Below the pieces are notes generated by a model. The model was not told the origin of the DNA, made no database searches, and saw only the letters and a program-made list of their open reading frames with translations. The position numbers were made by a program, and so were the translations under genes. A stretch of 64,000 nucleotides of DNA, from positions 32,001 to 96,000 of the IMG/VR virus record IMGVR_UViG_3300010883_000001; one strand, written 5' to 3'. Source of the DNA: a virus. Each line of letters begins with the position of its first letter. Within the stretch, counting starts at the first letter, position 1. Shown here in pieces: positions 18,879-29,086 of the stretch.

Positions 18879-21800
18879 GTGATTTACCAAAGCCACCACT
18901 CTCGCAGGCGATTGAAGCATTGGGTAGGTTTTTTGAAGTTTTTGAGAAGGGCGGAATTTTACAAGCGATTCGTCAAAAAGAGCTATTTCCAGAGTCGAGG
19001 CCGAAGCCCCCAAGCACTCCCAAAATAACTACTGAGTCGATTATGACAGATTTTTTATACGACTCGTCTCTAGGAGGTATTCGTTTCTCCCGTCTGCTTG
19101 AAGGTATCGAGACTGCCGTAAAAGATCGTAAGGATTTTGCTGAGGCAACCGCTGCTGCTGATATGGCAAAGACATTTTGCGTGACATTTGATCCAGCCGC
19201 GGCAGGTGCACTTAAACCAATGTTCAATGGGAATGGATCCCCATCTAAGATAATAGCAAAACAAGGTTTTGAGGTGGATGCACCAGATGGTCTTCCCGAA
19301 TGGAAGTTAACCGATTCAATAAATGATCAGATTTCTAGATCAACAGGCATGCCGATAGCAACAGAGATTAATACTGAGTATAAAAAACCTACGACGGCAC
19401 AACCAAACCTAATATATAATCAAATATTACAACGTGGGATAAGCCCCGCAATTCGTGATGTTGGTGCGCTTACGGTTTTCATGAACTGTATGCCTACGTT
19501 AGAGGTCAGCAGAGCAGTACCATTTATAGACGTGACCTTATTTGAGGATTTTAGTACAATAGGTGATACCGCAGATGGCAGGAGATTACAGGGTTTAAGT
19601 TTGGGCAAGTTTTTGATGGGTCAAGTTAAGGATTCTGAGTTTGATCCTAAAATATGGGAGGCTAACCCAGTTGATAATGACGGCATGATAGCGTTATTAA
19701 ATGCCAAGGCAGATCCCACAAAAACAACTGCAGAGAAACGTGGCGAGAAAGGTGTGGTTCAACCCAACACTGCTGGTATGGAAATATTTACAGCCCCCCA
19801 GACGCTAGTACCAGCTAATGAGATGTTTTCAGAGGATAATGAGATTCAGCTAACTGACAAGGTACCATATCGTGAACGTGCTGCGCCTGTATTAGATAGA
19901 TTCAGACCATTTTTATCATTGCTTTCTCTAGAGATAACCTCCGCACCATCAGTTCAAACCTTTGTGTATACACAAGCAACATTGGAGCTGGTATGTCATG
20001 ACCGGTCAAGGCTAGCTGAGGTATCGGGTTTTGTGAGTCCTAGCTTTTTAGGAAATGAGCATTTATTGATTGAGTATGGTTGGGGACATCCAGATTTTCA
20101 GGTTCATGGGAATGCTATATTCGATTCTTCAGCCGAAGGTAAGGGAAATGCATTTGGTGCATTCATAGGTTCATTAAGATCAAGGGAAAAATACCAGATT
20201 GTAAATACGTCATTTAATTTCGATGACGTAGGACAGGTTACGTTAAGTGTTAAGGTTTCCATGATGGGAAATCATGACGTCGCCAACAAGGGAATAACGC
20301 AGTTTGGATCTAAAGAAGATCATCAGCTAATCCGAAGATTAACAAAGAAAATAGGGAAAGCATATTCAAAGCTTAATGAGGTAGCTACAAGAGCTTCTGA
20401 TAATAATCCGTATGATTTTTTAGAGTCTTCATCAACAGTTGACGGTGCATTATCTTTAGACAAAGATTCCAAAAAAGCGATTAGAGCATTTTTGAAACAG
20501 AATAGAAATGCACCACCAACCTCCGGATTAAAGGAGGTTGCCGACGCACTTAGCGAGTTATACGGCGCAGATGGATCAGGTGAGGATAGTAAGTTAAGGA
20601 GAGGTCACCGCAAGACAAAAGGCGGAAATGCGGTTGCAAAATATAGACAATCTGCATCGTCATTTATTAGTAGAGAACTTGACGGCCTCTCGGATAATTC
20701 ATTTAGTGATCCATGGTTTAGGGATAACCCTCACGGCCCAGGGGCATGCAATAGAAAGACTCAGGCTGCTAAGTTTACACGCGGTTACGTTAGTCTTGGG
20801 AAGCTTTTTGCTAATCTAGTTTTTGTACCCCTATTGGATACAGGAAAATTCCATGAAATACAGGTGTCGTGGGGAATGTTCAATAAGGATGCCGGTGCAA
20901 TGTATGATTGGAATATTGCACAATTTCCTATAGATTTACATGATTTGAAGGTTGTTATGCGTGAACACTTAAAAACAAACCATCAGATGACGGTTGCAAA
21001 TTTCGTAAGCTTTATTAATAAATACTTTATGGAAGATCATGGAAACCAGGCCTTTGGTATGAGAGAGATATATAGCACACGTTCTAGAGAAGATAGGACT
21101 CAACGAAAGGCTAAAACAAATGCTATGAGAAAGAAACCTTCATTATTGAGTGATAAGACAAACTCAATATTGAAAAAAATCTATGCATCAGCCACAACAA
21201 AAAAAGAGGCCCACTTTGCACCGCCCAAACTGGGCATAATATTAGAGGCTGTTCCGGAGATAGTTGATCCAACAGATGACCCTAATTCCGGACCAACTGG
21301 CGTGGAGAGAACAATATTGAGGGTTCATATATACGATAATGTATGCCAGACATATCCCTATTATTCTTCAATATTAAATGAGTCGTCGAACGAGTCTCTT
21401 AAGTTGTTAAGAGACGCCGCAGATAACGGGGAGAACGGTTCCGACAAGGCATGGTCTGATGTACATGATCGCGCCATGGAGCTAGGGATAGTTGTAGATG
21501 TTGATTTAGCAAAAGAGACCGTAGGAAAAACTAACGTGAAAGGTATTCCCTTAAGTTGTTACAGGGTTAAAGGGGGATTCCAGGCAATAAAGGAATTTGT
21601 TATGGTCGGTGTGCCATCAATTAGATATGGCCAGGAAGCATCCGGAATACTCTCAGCAGATGTATCAAGCGAGTCAGATGGTCTAATGTCACGTATTATG
21701 ATGGATAGAATGGGTAAAGTTGGAGGAAGTAGTCCTGGACATGAGACAGACTTAGGGCTACCTTTACAAACTTCACCGGTAAAGGTTTCAATTGAAACTT

Positions 21801-22024
21801 TAGGCTGTCCATTATGGAAAATGATGCAAGAGATCTTTATAGATTTTGGTACCGGGACTACGGTTGACAACATCTATAGGGTAACAAGCGTGACACATAA
21901 AATAGAGGCAGGTCAGTATACTACTAGTGTTGAGTTAGTTACTGGTGCGGTATGGGGAAAGTATCGTTCATCTATGGATCAGGTTGCCTCGGCAATTTAT
22001 GGAATTGCGGGAATTGAACATTAG
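18875..22024 (+). CDS. Baseplate hub-like protein (gp27/gpD-like)
   Basis: LIEYGWGHP motif. C-terminal SIETLGCP....QEIFIDFGTGT.VDNIYRVTSVTHKIEAGQYTT.VEL. Follows the LysM gene with ATGA overlap. Confidence 0.65.
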   Translation: MSDLPKPPLSQAIEALGRFFEVFEKGGILQAIRQKELFPESRPKPPSTPKITTESIMTDFLYDSSLGGIRFSRLLEGIETAVKDRKDFAEATAAADMAKTFCVTFDPAAAGALKPMFNGNGSPSKIIAKQGFEVDAPDGLPEWKLTDSINDQISRSTGMPIATEINTEYKKPTTAQPNLIYNQILQRGISPAIRDVGALTVFMNCMPTLEVSRAVPFIDVTLFEDFSTIGDTADGRRLQGLSLGKFLMGQVKDSEFDPKIWEANPVDNDGMIALLNAKADPTKTTAEKRGEKGVVQPNTAGMEIFTAPQTLVPANEMFSEDNEIQLTDKVPYRERAAPVLDRFRPFLSLLSLEITSAPSVQTFVYTQATLELVCHDRSRLAEVSGFVSPSFLGNEHLLIEYGWGHPDFQVHGNAIFDSSAEGKGNAFGAFIGSLRSREKYQIVNTSFNFDDVGQVTLSVKVSMMGNHDVANKGITQFGSKEDHQLIRRLTKKIGKAYSKLNEVATRASDNNPYDFLESSSTVDGALSLDKDSKKAIRAFLKQNRNAPPTSGLKEVADALSELYGADGSGEDSKLRRGHRKTKGGNAVAKYRQSASSFISRELDGLSDNSFSDPWFRDNPHGPGACNRKTQAAKFTRGYVSLGKLFANLVFVPLLDTGKFHEIQVSWGMFNKDAGAMYDWNIAQFPIDLHDLKVVMREHLKTNHQMTVANFVSFINKYFMEDHGNQAFGMREIYSTRSREDRTQRKAKTNAMRKKPSLLSDKTNSILKKIYASATTKKEAHFAPPKLGIILEAVPEIVDPTDDPNSGPTGVERTILRVHIYDNVCQTYPYYSSILNESSNESLKLLRDAADNGENGSDKAWSDVHDRAMELGIVVDVDLAKETVGKTNVKGIPLSCYRVKGGFQAIKEFVMVGVPSIRYGQEASGILSADVSSESDGLMSRIMMDRMGKVGGSSPGHETDLGLPLQTSPVKVSIETLGCPLWKMMQEIFIDFGTGTTVDNIYRVTSVTHKIEAGQYTTSVELVTGAVWGKYRSSMDQVASAIYGIAGIEH

Positions 22025-22043
22025 ATTAAGTTGCAAAAAATAG

Positions 22044-22072
22044 CTGAACAATCTAGGTTATTTTTGTATCAT
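22044..22072 (+). promoter_or_regulatory. Sigma70-like early/middle promoter
   Basis: CTGAAC-N17-TATCAT. GTG start only 5 nt after the -10. Confidence 0.45.
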
Positions 22073-22077
22073 TTTAT

Positions 22078-23286
22078 GTGATTGCTATATCAAAAAAAAT
22101 TCTAGGCACAAAAGATAACCTGATTATTAAATGTGATGATGAAATTTCGTGGTCCCCCCACGTATCAAATGACGTGTGGTGTTATGGTGATGACTATCAT
22201 ATAAGGTCTTTGAATATTCTTTTTGATATTTTAAAAATAAAGGGCCCAGTATTAAATTATGCCAATCATGTCATGGCATTCCGAAATTTAGGAATTGACG
22301 TTGATAGCATTGATATACCCATGAGGCACGTCGTTGGTCAACAAAAGTACGTCCGTGAACTTCGTGATATCATTAGAGACATATCATCACTATCTGATGA
22401 CATTCTAAAGAACGTCTATGTGCAAACATATATAAAATCTAGGGAGCTTCTATCAGCCCTTGATGATGCTTCTATAAATTTGGAAAAATTTGACCTATAT
22501 GTCTCAAAAGAGAAGAACCCTACCAATTTGTCTGCTATTAATAGTTTTAAACCTGTTTCCGGAAATAAGTCTGGCAAGGTAGTTTATTCTCAATCGTCTA
22601 CGCAAACTGGTAGGATGGTTGTTAAGAGTGGGCCGCGGATTTTAACGCTTCCATCGAAATATAGGGATATAGTCTGTTCGGCTGACGATTCAAAAAAGAT
22701 TGTTGGAATAGACTTTATCTCGCTGGAACCTAGGGTTGCGGCATACCTTACTGGGCAGACACCTAATGATGATATATACGAGGACGTTAGGGAAAATATC
22801 GGGCTTGATATATCTAGGACGGCATGTAAACTAGCGGTACTGACAACATTATATGGTGGGACAAAATCAAAGATATCTGAAATATTGAATATTCCAATTT
22901 TTGACGCAACAAAGATAATGAGTAGTATAATTTCTTATTTTGGTATCACCGGTTTGAGAATGATGCTCAAGAAACAAGCAGATGAATTTGGATCATTCAT
23001 GAATTTTTTTGGGCGCCCTATTTTTTGTGATGAAGAGAAGAGTAGAAATATAGTGAATCATCAAATTCAGTCGACGGCAGTAGATGTTTCATACGTGGGA
23101 TTTCATTCATTGGTTGAGAAGGCAAAATCTTCGAATACACATTTCAGGCCCTTATTTTTATTGCATGATGCGCTTATAGTTGAAGTAGACAAGGATGATC
23201 CTAATATCGGAGAACTAGTTTCTTCCGGAATTAATTGTGAGTTAGGATATTTCCCATTATCCTTGACCGAGTGGGGTAGTATTTAA
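22078..23286 (+). CDS. Family A DNA polymerase, polymerase domain only
   Basis: TQTGRM, motif A DFISLEPR, motif B RTACK...LYG, NFFGRP, NHQIQSTAVD, motif C LHDAL. Only 402 aa, with no exonuclease motifs seen. Confidence 0.8.
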   Translation: MIAISKKILGTKDNLIIKCDDEISWSPHVSNDVWCYGDDYHIRSLNILFDILKIKGPVLNYANHVMAFRNLGIDVDSIDIPMRHVVGQQKYVRELRDIIRDISSLSDDILKNVYVQTYIKSRELLSALDDASINLEKFDLYVSKEKNPTNLSAINSFKPVSGNKSGKVVYSQSSTQTGRMVVKSGPRILTLPSKYRDIVCSADDSKKIVGIDFISLEPRVAAYLTGQTPNDDIYEDVRENIGLDISRTACKLAVLTTLYGGTKSKISEILNIPIFDATKIMSSIISYFGITGLRMMLKKQADEFGSFMNFFGRPIFCDEEKSRNIVNHQIQSTAVDVSYVGFHSLVEKAKSSNTHFRPLFLLHDALIVEVDKDDPNIGELVSSGINCELGYFPLSLTEWGSI

Positions 23287-23306
23287 TTTGTGGATCGGAG
23301 AATTAT

Positions 23307-23792
23307 ATGAAGTACATATTTGAAAAAGAAGAAAATGGAAAAGATCAGCAAACCAAACCAGCACCTTCACCGGAGAAACCGGCAGCGAAAGGTAGTTTGC
23401 AGGTAATGCCAGGCCAGGTATCCGCTAGGGATGGTGCATATTATGTCTTGCATACACTTGTTGGTGCAAGAAATGCAAACCTATTGACACTGTCAACAGA
23501 TGTGCAGGTTGGTGCAGAAGGGGGTGCCGTGATAGTCAAGGCCTTAGATACCGGCACCGGTGCTGTCAAGAAGGGTACGGTAGGCAGGGGGGGAGTAAAG
23601 AAAGAATTAAAGAAAGCTGAGATGCTTTCCGTCTCTGATCCAACGACACTCATGTCAAATCTTAGGATTTCAAATCCGGCACCGGCATCAGAGGCAAATG
23701 ATATTAAAAAAGTATTACTAATACTTCGCCAGGCTATATACAATACCGAAGCTATGACGCAGGCTTTTGTTGGCGTTAAGGAATTAAAATAA
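23307..23792 (+). CDS. Hypothetical protein
   Basis: 161-aa ORF with GGAG SD. Confidence 0.6.
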   Translation: MKYIFEKEENGKDQQTKPAPSPEKPAAKGSLQVMPGQVSARDGAYYVLHTLVGARNANLLTLSTDVQVGAEGGAVIVKALDTGTGAVKKGTVGRGGVKKELKKAEMLSVSDPTTLMSNLRISNPAPASEANDIKKVLLILRQAIYNTEAMTQAFVGVKELK

Positions 23793-23801
23793 AATTAAAT
23801 T

Positions 23802-24371
23802 ATGGATAATTTAGAGAAAAACTGGAATAAGTATTATGATTTATGTGGTCGATTCTGTGATCATAATTTAACAAAAATGCTAGATGACTTGGGCGAAAGA
23901 ATAGTTTCTGCGCCGGCATCTAATAGGGAACCATATGGTTTTTGTCGCCCGGGAGGTCTTTTAGAACACTCTTTAGATATAGCATCTAGATCACGGAGCA
24001 TGATAGATAAAATAGGGGGAGACGTTAGTATAAGCGCTGTTATGAAAGTTTCACTTCTTCATGATCTTGGAAAAATTGGGGATTTAGAAAATGATCTGTT
24101 TATAGAAGAAACAAGCTCTTGGCATATTGAGAAACTAGGGCAACTATACAAGTATAACGAAAACATTCGAAAGATGACAATACCTCATAGAACTCTTTTC
24201 CTTCTTCAACATTATGGTGTAAAACTGACACCTGATGAATGGCTAGCAATTGCAACAGCACAAGGTTCACATTTGGATGAAAATAAGTTTTATGAACAAG
24301 GCATGAACAGGGACGTATTATCAATAATACTACAGACGTCAAAGAAACTATCATTTACTTTGGATAGTTAA
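23802..24371 (+). CDS. HD-domain protein
   Basis: GGLLEHSL...LLHDLGKIG...HRTLFLLQHYGVKLT.DEWLAI. Confidence 0.75.
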   Translation: MDNLEKNWNKYYDLCGRFCDHNLTKMLDDLGERIVSAPASNREPYGFCRPGGLLEHSLDIASRSRSMIDKIGGDVSISAVMKVSLLHDLGKIGDLENDLFIEETSSWHIEKLGQLYKYNENIRKMTIPHRTLFLLQHYGVKLTPDEWLAIATAQGSHLDENKFYEQGMNRDVLSIILQTSKKLSFTLDS

Positions 24372-24375
24372 TATT

Positions 24376-24603
24376 ATGAATTTTTTACATTTAAGAAAGC
24401 TAATACGAAGACTAGTAATAATCGCAGAACGAAATTCTGGCAATAAAAAAATCCTGAATGAACCTGATGAGATAAGTGAAGATTCAGAAGAGCAGGAAGA
24501 GATCTCAGCTGGAGGTGTTGCCGGTGCCGCAACACCTTTGGGAACAACACCTACATACCCCGCCTCAAGAAATAAAAAGAAGAAAAATAGCAAAAACAGC
24601 TGA
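24376..24603 (+). CDS. Small hypothetical protein (acidic middle, basic tail)
   Basis: 75 aa. EEISAGGVAGAATPLG motif. Preceded by ATAGTTA. Confidence 0.55.
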   Translation: MNFLHLRKLIRRLVIIAERNSGNKKILNEPDEISEDSEEQEEISAGGVAGAATPLGTTPTYPASRNKKKKNSKNS

Positions 24604-24696
24604 ACATACTTTCTTTTTTTGCTAGTTTTTACTACGCAATATTCATGTATTGAAAATTTGCAATTTGATATTTGATTAATTAAAGGAGAGAATAAT

Positions 24697-25488
24697 ATGG
24701 CTATTGATTTTGATGCTCTTAGAAAAAAGTTGAACCAGATTTCTGGGACGAGCAGTCGCAAGGATTCAATGTGGCGCCCTCAGGAAGGTGAGGAACACAC
24801 TGTTAGGGTTTTGTCATTCGCGGATAATGACGGGCAACCTTTTAAAGAGAGGTGGTTTTACTATAATATTGGAAACAATCCAGGCTTGTTGGCTCCATAT
24901 CAATTTGGCAAGGATGATCCAATTCAGGAATTAATTAATAAGCTTCGGGATGATGGGTCCAAGGAGTCTTATGAGTTAGCCAAGAAGTTATATCCTAAGA
25001 TGAGATGTTATGCACCGGTAATTGTTCGGGGTGAAGAAGATAGAGGTGTGAGGATTTGGTCATTTGGAAAGATGGTATACCAGTCTTTATTGAATATTAT
25101 GTTGGATGAAGACTACGGTGATATTACTGATCCCCTTGATGGCCGTGATATTAAGGTTACTTGCACAAAGGCTCCAGGTAGACAGTGGGCAACAACGGAA
25201 GTAAGACCTCGGGGGAAGGTATCAAAACTATCAGAGACTCAGGCAAAGGCTAAGGAATGGATGACGTCTGTCCCTGATCTGGATGATATGTACGCATGCA
25301 AGACCTACGCCGAGCTTGAGAAGATTGTAAATGACTGGTTAAACGGAGATGATGAGCCGACTAACTCTATAGGTACATCACGTGGAGTAGAAACTCCACA
25401 GCCTCAAAAACAAGACGATTCTGCGAATGCACCTCCGGGTAAATATAAAACGCTTGATGAAGCATTCGCTGACTTAGAAGATCTATAG
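24697..25488 (+). CDS. Single-stranded DNA-binding protein (T4 gp32-like)
   Basis: MAIDFDALRKKL, WRPQEG...VRVL, P..FGK.DPI.E, IWSFGK.VY..L, DYGDITDP.DGRDI, acidic C-terminus DEAFADLEDL. SD AAGGAG. Confidence 0.85.
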   Translation: MAIDFDALRKKLNQISGTSSRKDSMWRPQEGEEHTVRVLSFADNDGQPFKERWFYYNIGNNPGLLAPYQFGKDDPIQELINKLRDDGSKESYELAKKLYPKMRCYAPVIVRGEEDRGVRIWSFGKMVYQSLLNIMLDEDYGDITDPLDGRDIKVTCTKAPGRQWATTEVRPRGKVSKLSETQAKAKEWMTSVPDLDDMYACKTYAELEKIVNDWLNGDDEPTNSIGTSRGVETPQPQKQDDSANAPPGKYKTLDEAFADLEDL

Positions 25489-25498
25489 AGGTTATAAC

Positions 25499-26686
25499 AT
25501 GGCAAAACAAAAAGGAAGTGTTGCTCAAGATTTCACAAATGATTTAATCAAATCTTTGAATAAAGAGCACGGATCCAGAGTTGCGTATAATCTTGCTTAT
25601 GATGAGTCTCCTACACATGTCAAAAGATGGATATCAACTGGATCAAAGCAGTTAGACTACATTATATCTAATAGGTCAGGTGGTGGGTTACCTGAAGGGA
25701 GGATCGTTGAGATTTTCGGTCCTCCTTCTATAGGTAAGTCACATATCGCAATTCAGATCGCGAGATCAACCCAGAAAAAAGGGGGAATTGTTGTATATAT
25801 TGATACTGAAAATGCTACATCAGTTGAAAATCTAGGACTATTAGGTGTTGATATTTCTAAGAGATTTGTGTATGTTGATACCCATTGTACTGAAGAAGTA
25901 CTGTCCATTGCCGAAGCAACAATTATGAAAGCAAAAGCAATGGATAAAGACGTACCAATTACTATAATCTGGGATTCAGTTGCTGCATCTTCTCCAAAGG
26001 CTGAGTTAAATGGTGATTATGATCAAAACTCTATTGGATTACAAGCTCGAGCTATTTCTAAAGGGATGAGAAAGATTACCGGTATCATTGCAAATCAAAA
26101 CGTTTTGCTGGTTTGTTTAAATCAAATAAGGACAAAGATTGGTGTGATGTTTGGTGATCCTACCGTAACCCCGGGGGGAAAGGCCATACCATTTCACTCT
26201 TCCGTTAGAATCAAATTGGGTGCAGGCCAGAAGATTGAAAATAAGGATAAGGAAGTAATAGGAATACATGTATCAGCTAAGACAATAAAGAATAAAGTTG
26301 CTCCTCCATTTCGGGCATGTAATTTTGAGATCCATTTTGGGAAAGGTATATATGAGCATGAACAAGTTTTTGATATTTTGAGAAAGCATGGAAAAGATAT
26401 CATCGGTGAGTATGAAGTAGAGGTTGGTGGCACTAGCGCATGGAAGACATTGATTGTTAATGATCCAAAAACAGGTGAAGTTATTTTAGAGAAGAAGTTC
26501 TATAAATCTGAGTTTGGTGATTTGATGAAAAATCCTGAGTATTCTCATTTTATTGATGGGTTATTGGAAAAGACACTTGTTCGAGAGATTAACAGCGACT
26601 TCACAATGAATATCGACGTTGAGTCTTATGAAGAGGTAAGATCAGTTGCCTTACATCTCAATGAAGAAATAATTGATCCAGAGTGA
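25499..26686 (+). CDS. recA: RecA/UvsX recombinase
   Basis: ISTGS..LD, GGLPEGRIVEIFGPPSIGKS (Walker A), YIDTE, WDSVAA, NQIR.KIGVMFGDP.VTPGG.A..F.SSVR, KNKVAPPF. Confidence 0.95.
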   Translation: MAKQKGSVAQDFTNDLIKSLNKEHGSRVAYNLAYDESPTHVKRWISTGSKQLDYIISNRSGGGLPEGRIVEIFGPPSIGKSHIAIQIARSTQKKGGIVVYIDTENATSVENLGLLGVDISKRFVYVDTHCTEEVLSIAEATIMKAKAMDKDVPITIIWDSVAASSPKAELNGDYDQNSIGLQARAISKGMRKITGIIANQNVLLVCLNQIRTKIGVMFGDPTVTPGGKAIPFHSSVRIKLGAGQKIENKDKEVIGIHVSAKTIKNKVAPPFRACNFEIHFGKGIYEHEQVFDILRKHGKDIIGEYEVEVGGTSAWKTLIVNDPKTGEVILEKKFYKSEFGDLMKNPEYSHFIDGLLEKTLVREINSDFTMNIDVESYEEVRSVALHLNEEIIDPE

Positions 26687-26689
26687 CTC

Positions 26690-27649
26690 ATGGAACGACC
26701 GGTACTAATTATTGATGGTCTGAATGTTTTTATACGTCATTATATTGCGAACCCTACAATGAGCGATGAGGGCCAGCATGTTGGTGGGATAGTAGGGTTT
26801 CTTAAGAATTTACAGCTTTTATCTGACAAATTGAAACCTTCATCGATATATGTTGTTTGGGAAGGCGGGGGCTCAGCCAGAAGAAGGGCAATATACCCGG
26901 ATTATAAAAAAGGTCGCCGACCAAAGAAGTTGAATAGATTTTATAGTGATATTCCGGATTCATCTAAGAATAAAAATTCTCAATTAAGTTTGCTGATAGA
27001 GATATTAAAGAAAGTTCCGGTATGTCAACTTTATATAGGGGATTGTGAGGCTGATGATATTATTGGATATGTCACAAGGAATATTTTTAAAGATGATGAA
27101 ATCGTGATAATATCATCAGATCAGGATTTATATCAGTTGATAAATGATAAAGTCATACAATGGTCACCTGGTCAGAAGAAATTTATATATGAACAAACAG
27201 TGATAGACAAGTTTGGTTGTCATCCCGTTAATTTTTGTACGGTGAAGTCTTTTGTGGGAGATCACAGCGATTGTATAGATGGGATTAAGGGTGTTGGGTT
27301 TAAAGCTTTATCTAAGAGGTTTCCAGAGGTTTTGGGGCCATCTCATGTATCTGTTAATGATATTATAATGTCATCACAAAAACTGTCTCAGAAATCAAAA
27401 CTAAAGATATTTAAGTCAGTTGCTTTAGGTAAGAGCGTTGCATTAAGAAATTGGGATTTAATGTATTTAGATACGACAAATCTTGCAGCGACACAATCTA
27501 TAAAAATATCAGGTATTTTAGAACAATTTGAGCCGGTTCGTGATAAAATTTCTATAATGAGAATATTAATACGTGAAGGTATAAAATCGTTTGATGTAGA
27601 TCGATTCTTTATGTCAGTTAGCCAAAGTTTTAGAAAGAGCGGAAATTAG
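26690..27649 (+). CDS. 5'-3' exonuclease/flap endonuclease (PolI 5' nuclease / T4 RNase H-like)
   Basis: LIIDGLN, RRAIYPDYK.GR, EADDII, SSDQDLYQL, GDHSDCIDGIKGVG.K. Confidence 0.9.
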   Translation: MERPVLIIDGLNVFIRHYIANPTMSDEGQHVGGIVGFLKNLQLLSDKLKPSSIYVVWEGGGSARRRAIYPDYKKGRRPKKLNRFYSDIPDSSKNKNSQLSLLIEILKKVPVCQLYIGDCEADDIIGYVTRNIFKDDEIVIISSDQDLYQLINDKVIQWSPGQKKFIYEQTVIDKFGCHPVNFCTVKSFVGDHSDCIDGIKGVGFKALSKRFPEVLGPSHVSVNDIIMSSQKLSQKSKLKIFKSVALGKSVALRNWDLMYLDTTNLAATQSIKISGILEQFEPVRDKISIMRILIREGIKSFDVDRFFMSVSQSFRKSGN

Positions 27650-29080
27650 ATGTCAGAAAATTCAGAAATTAATTATAGTGAGACATTTGTATCAAACGAT
27701 TCTTTGTTTTCAAATTATGGAAAGCAGTTTCAGGAAAAGATATTCCAAGGACTGATGTCAGACCAGCGCTGGGCAACCCAAATGTTTGAGGTAATGGCTA
27801 GTCACTATTTTGATGTTAAGTATCTTTCTTATCTTTGCGAAAAATATTTTAGTTATTATGAAAAATATCGTTGCTTTCCTACCATGGGATTACTTGTATC
27901 AATAGTCAAAGATGATCTATCTGAAGAGTGTGACTTAATTCTTCGAGATCAGATTGTTGAGTATCTTCATAGAATTAAATCAAACCCATCAGCCGGTGAT
28001 ATTGAGTATGTAAAAGACAAATCGCTGGATTTTTGTCGGCGCCAGGCATTTCGTGGTGCATTAGAAAAAGCTGTTGATCTTATTTCTACAGATAATTTTG
28101 ATAGTGTTGTAGGTCTTATGAAAGAGGCAGTTGCCGTAGGGATTCCAAGCTCTGTTGGTCACGATTTTTTTAAAGATGCTGAAGCAAGATTTGTGAAAAT
28201 TAATAGGATGGCATGCCCGACGGGGATAAAGCGATTAGATGCAAAAGACATATTACAGGGTGGTCTAAGTCGCGGTGAGATTGGTGTAATAACTGCCAAC
28301 ACAGGTGTTGGTAAAAGCCATTTTTTAGTTGCCCTAGGCGCTAATGCAATGAAACTAGGAAAAAATGTATTACATTATACATTTGAATTATCAGAACATT
28401 CGGTTGGTTTAAGGTATGACTCGAATTTATGTGGTATACCAAGCAACGAGATCATAGATAATAAAGATAAAGTCTTAAAAAGATATGAAGATGAAGATCT
28501 TGGGAGATTAATAATAAAAGAGTACCCCACAGGTTCAGCATCCATTATCACGTTAAGAAATCATATAGAAAAATTAGCTTTTAAAGGTTTTAAGCCGGCT
28601 GTAGTTTTGGTTGATTATGCTGATGTTATGAGATCAACTAGAAATTATGATTCACTTAGACACGAATTGAAGTTAATATATGAAGAACTTAGGAATATGG
28701 CAATGGAACTGAACATCCCAATCTGGACTGCGTCACAAGCAAATAGGGAATCTGCTAAGTCTGATGTTGTAGGCCTAGAAAATATGAGCGAGGCATATGG
28801 GAAAGCAATGGTTGCTGACGTTGTCTTATCTCTTTCTAGAAAACCTATGGAAAAATCGACAGATTCCGGTAGATTATTTGTTGCAAAGAACCGCGCGGGC
28901 CGTGATGGTTTACTGTTTCCAATACGCATTGATACTGCTAGATCTGTTATCGAGATTCTAGATGAAAATAGTATAACGTTACAGGAAGCCGTATCACAAG
29001 ATGAGTCTAGTATGAAAACAATGTTAAAGAAAAAATGGGCTGAGGTTCAGGAGTTAAGTTCGTCTATACAGGCAGGGTGA
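27650..29080 (+). CDS. dnaB: Replicative DnaB-like helicase
   Basis: GGLSRGE...ANTGVGKS (Walker A), TFEL, VDYAD, PIWTASQANR, ADVV, KNRAG.DG. Confidence 0.9.
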   Translation: MSENSEINYSETFVSNDSLFSNYGKQFQEKIFQGLMSDQRWATQMFEVMASHYFDVKYLSYLCEKYFSYYEKYRCFPTMGLLVSIVKDDLSEECDLILRDQIVEYLHRIKSNPSAGDIEYVKDKSLDFCRRQAFRGALEKAVDLISTDNFDSVVGLMKEAVAVGIPSSVGHDFFKDAEARFVKINRMACPTGIKRLDAKDILQGGLSRGEIGVITANTGVGKSHFLVALGANAMKLGKNVLHYTFELSEHSVGLRYDSNLCGIPSNEIIDNKDKVLKRYEDEDLGRLIIKEYPTGSASIITLRNHIEKLAFKGFKPAVVLVDYADVMRSTRNYDSLRHELKLIYEELRNMAMELNIPIWTASQANRESAKSDVVGLENMSEAYGKAMVADVVLSLSRKPMEKSTDSGRLFVAKNRAGRDGLLFPIRIDTARSVIEILDENSITLQEAVSQDESSMKTMLKKKWAEVQELSSSIQAG

Positions 29081-29086
29081 TTGACA

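Noticed and set aside
1-22024. Bacterial extracellular contractile injection system (eCIS/tailocin)
   Set aside because: Multiple sheaths fit eCIS, but contiguous phage-type replication genes (gp32-like SSB, DnaB, DnaE, RNR) and the single-strand dense layout indicate a large phage.
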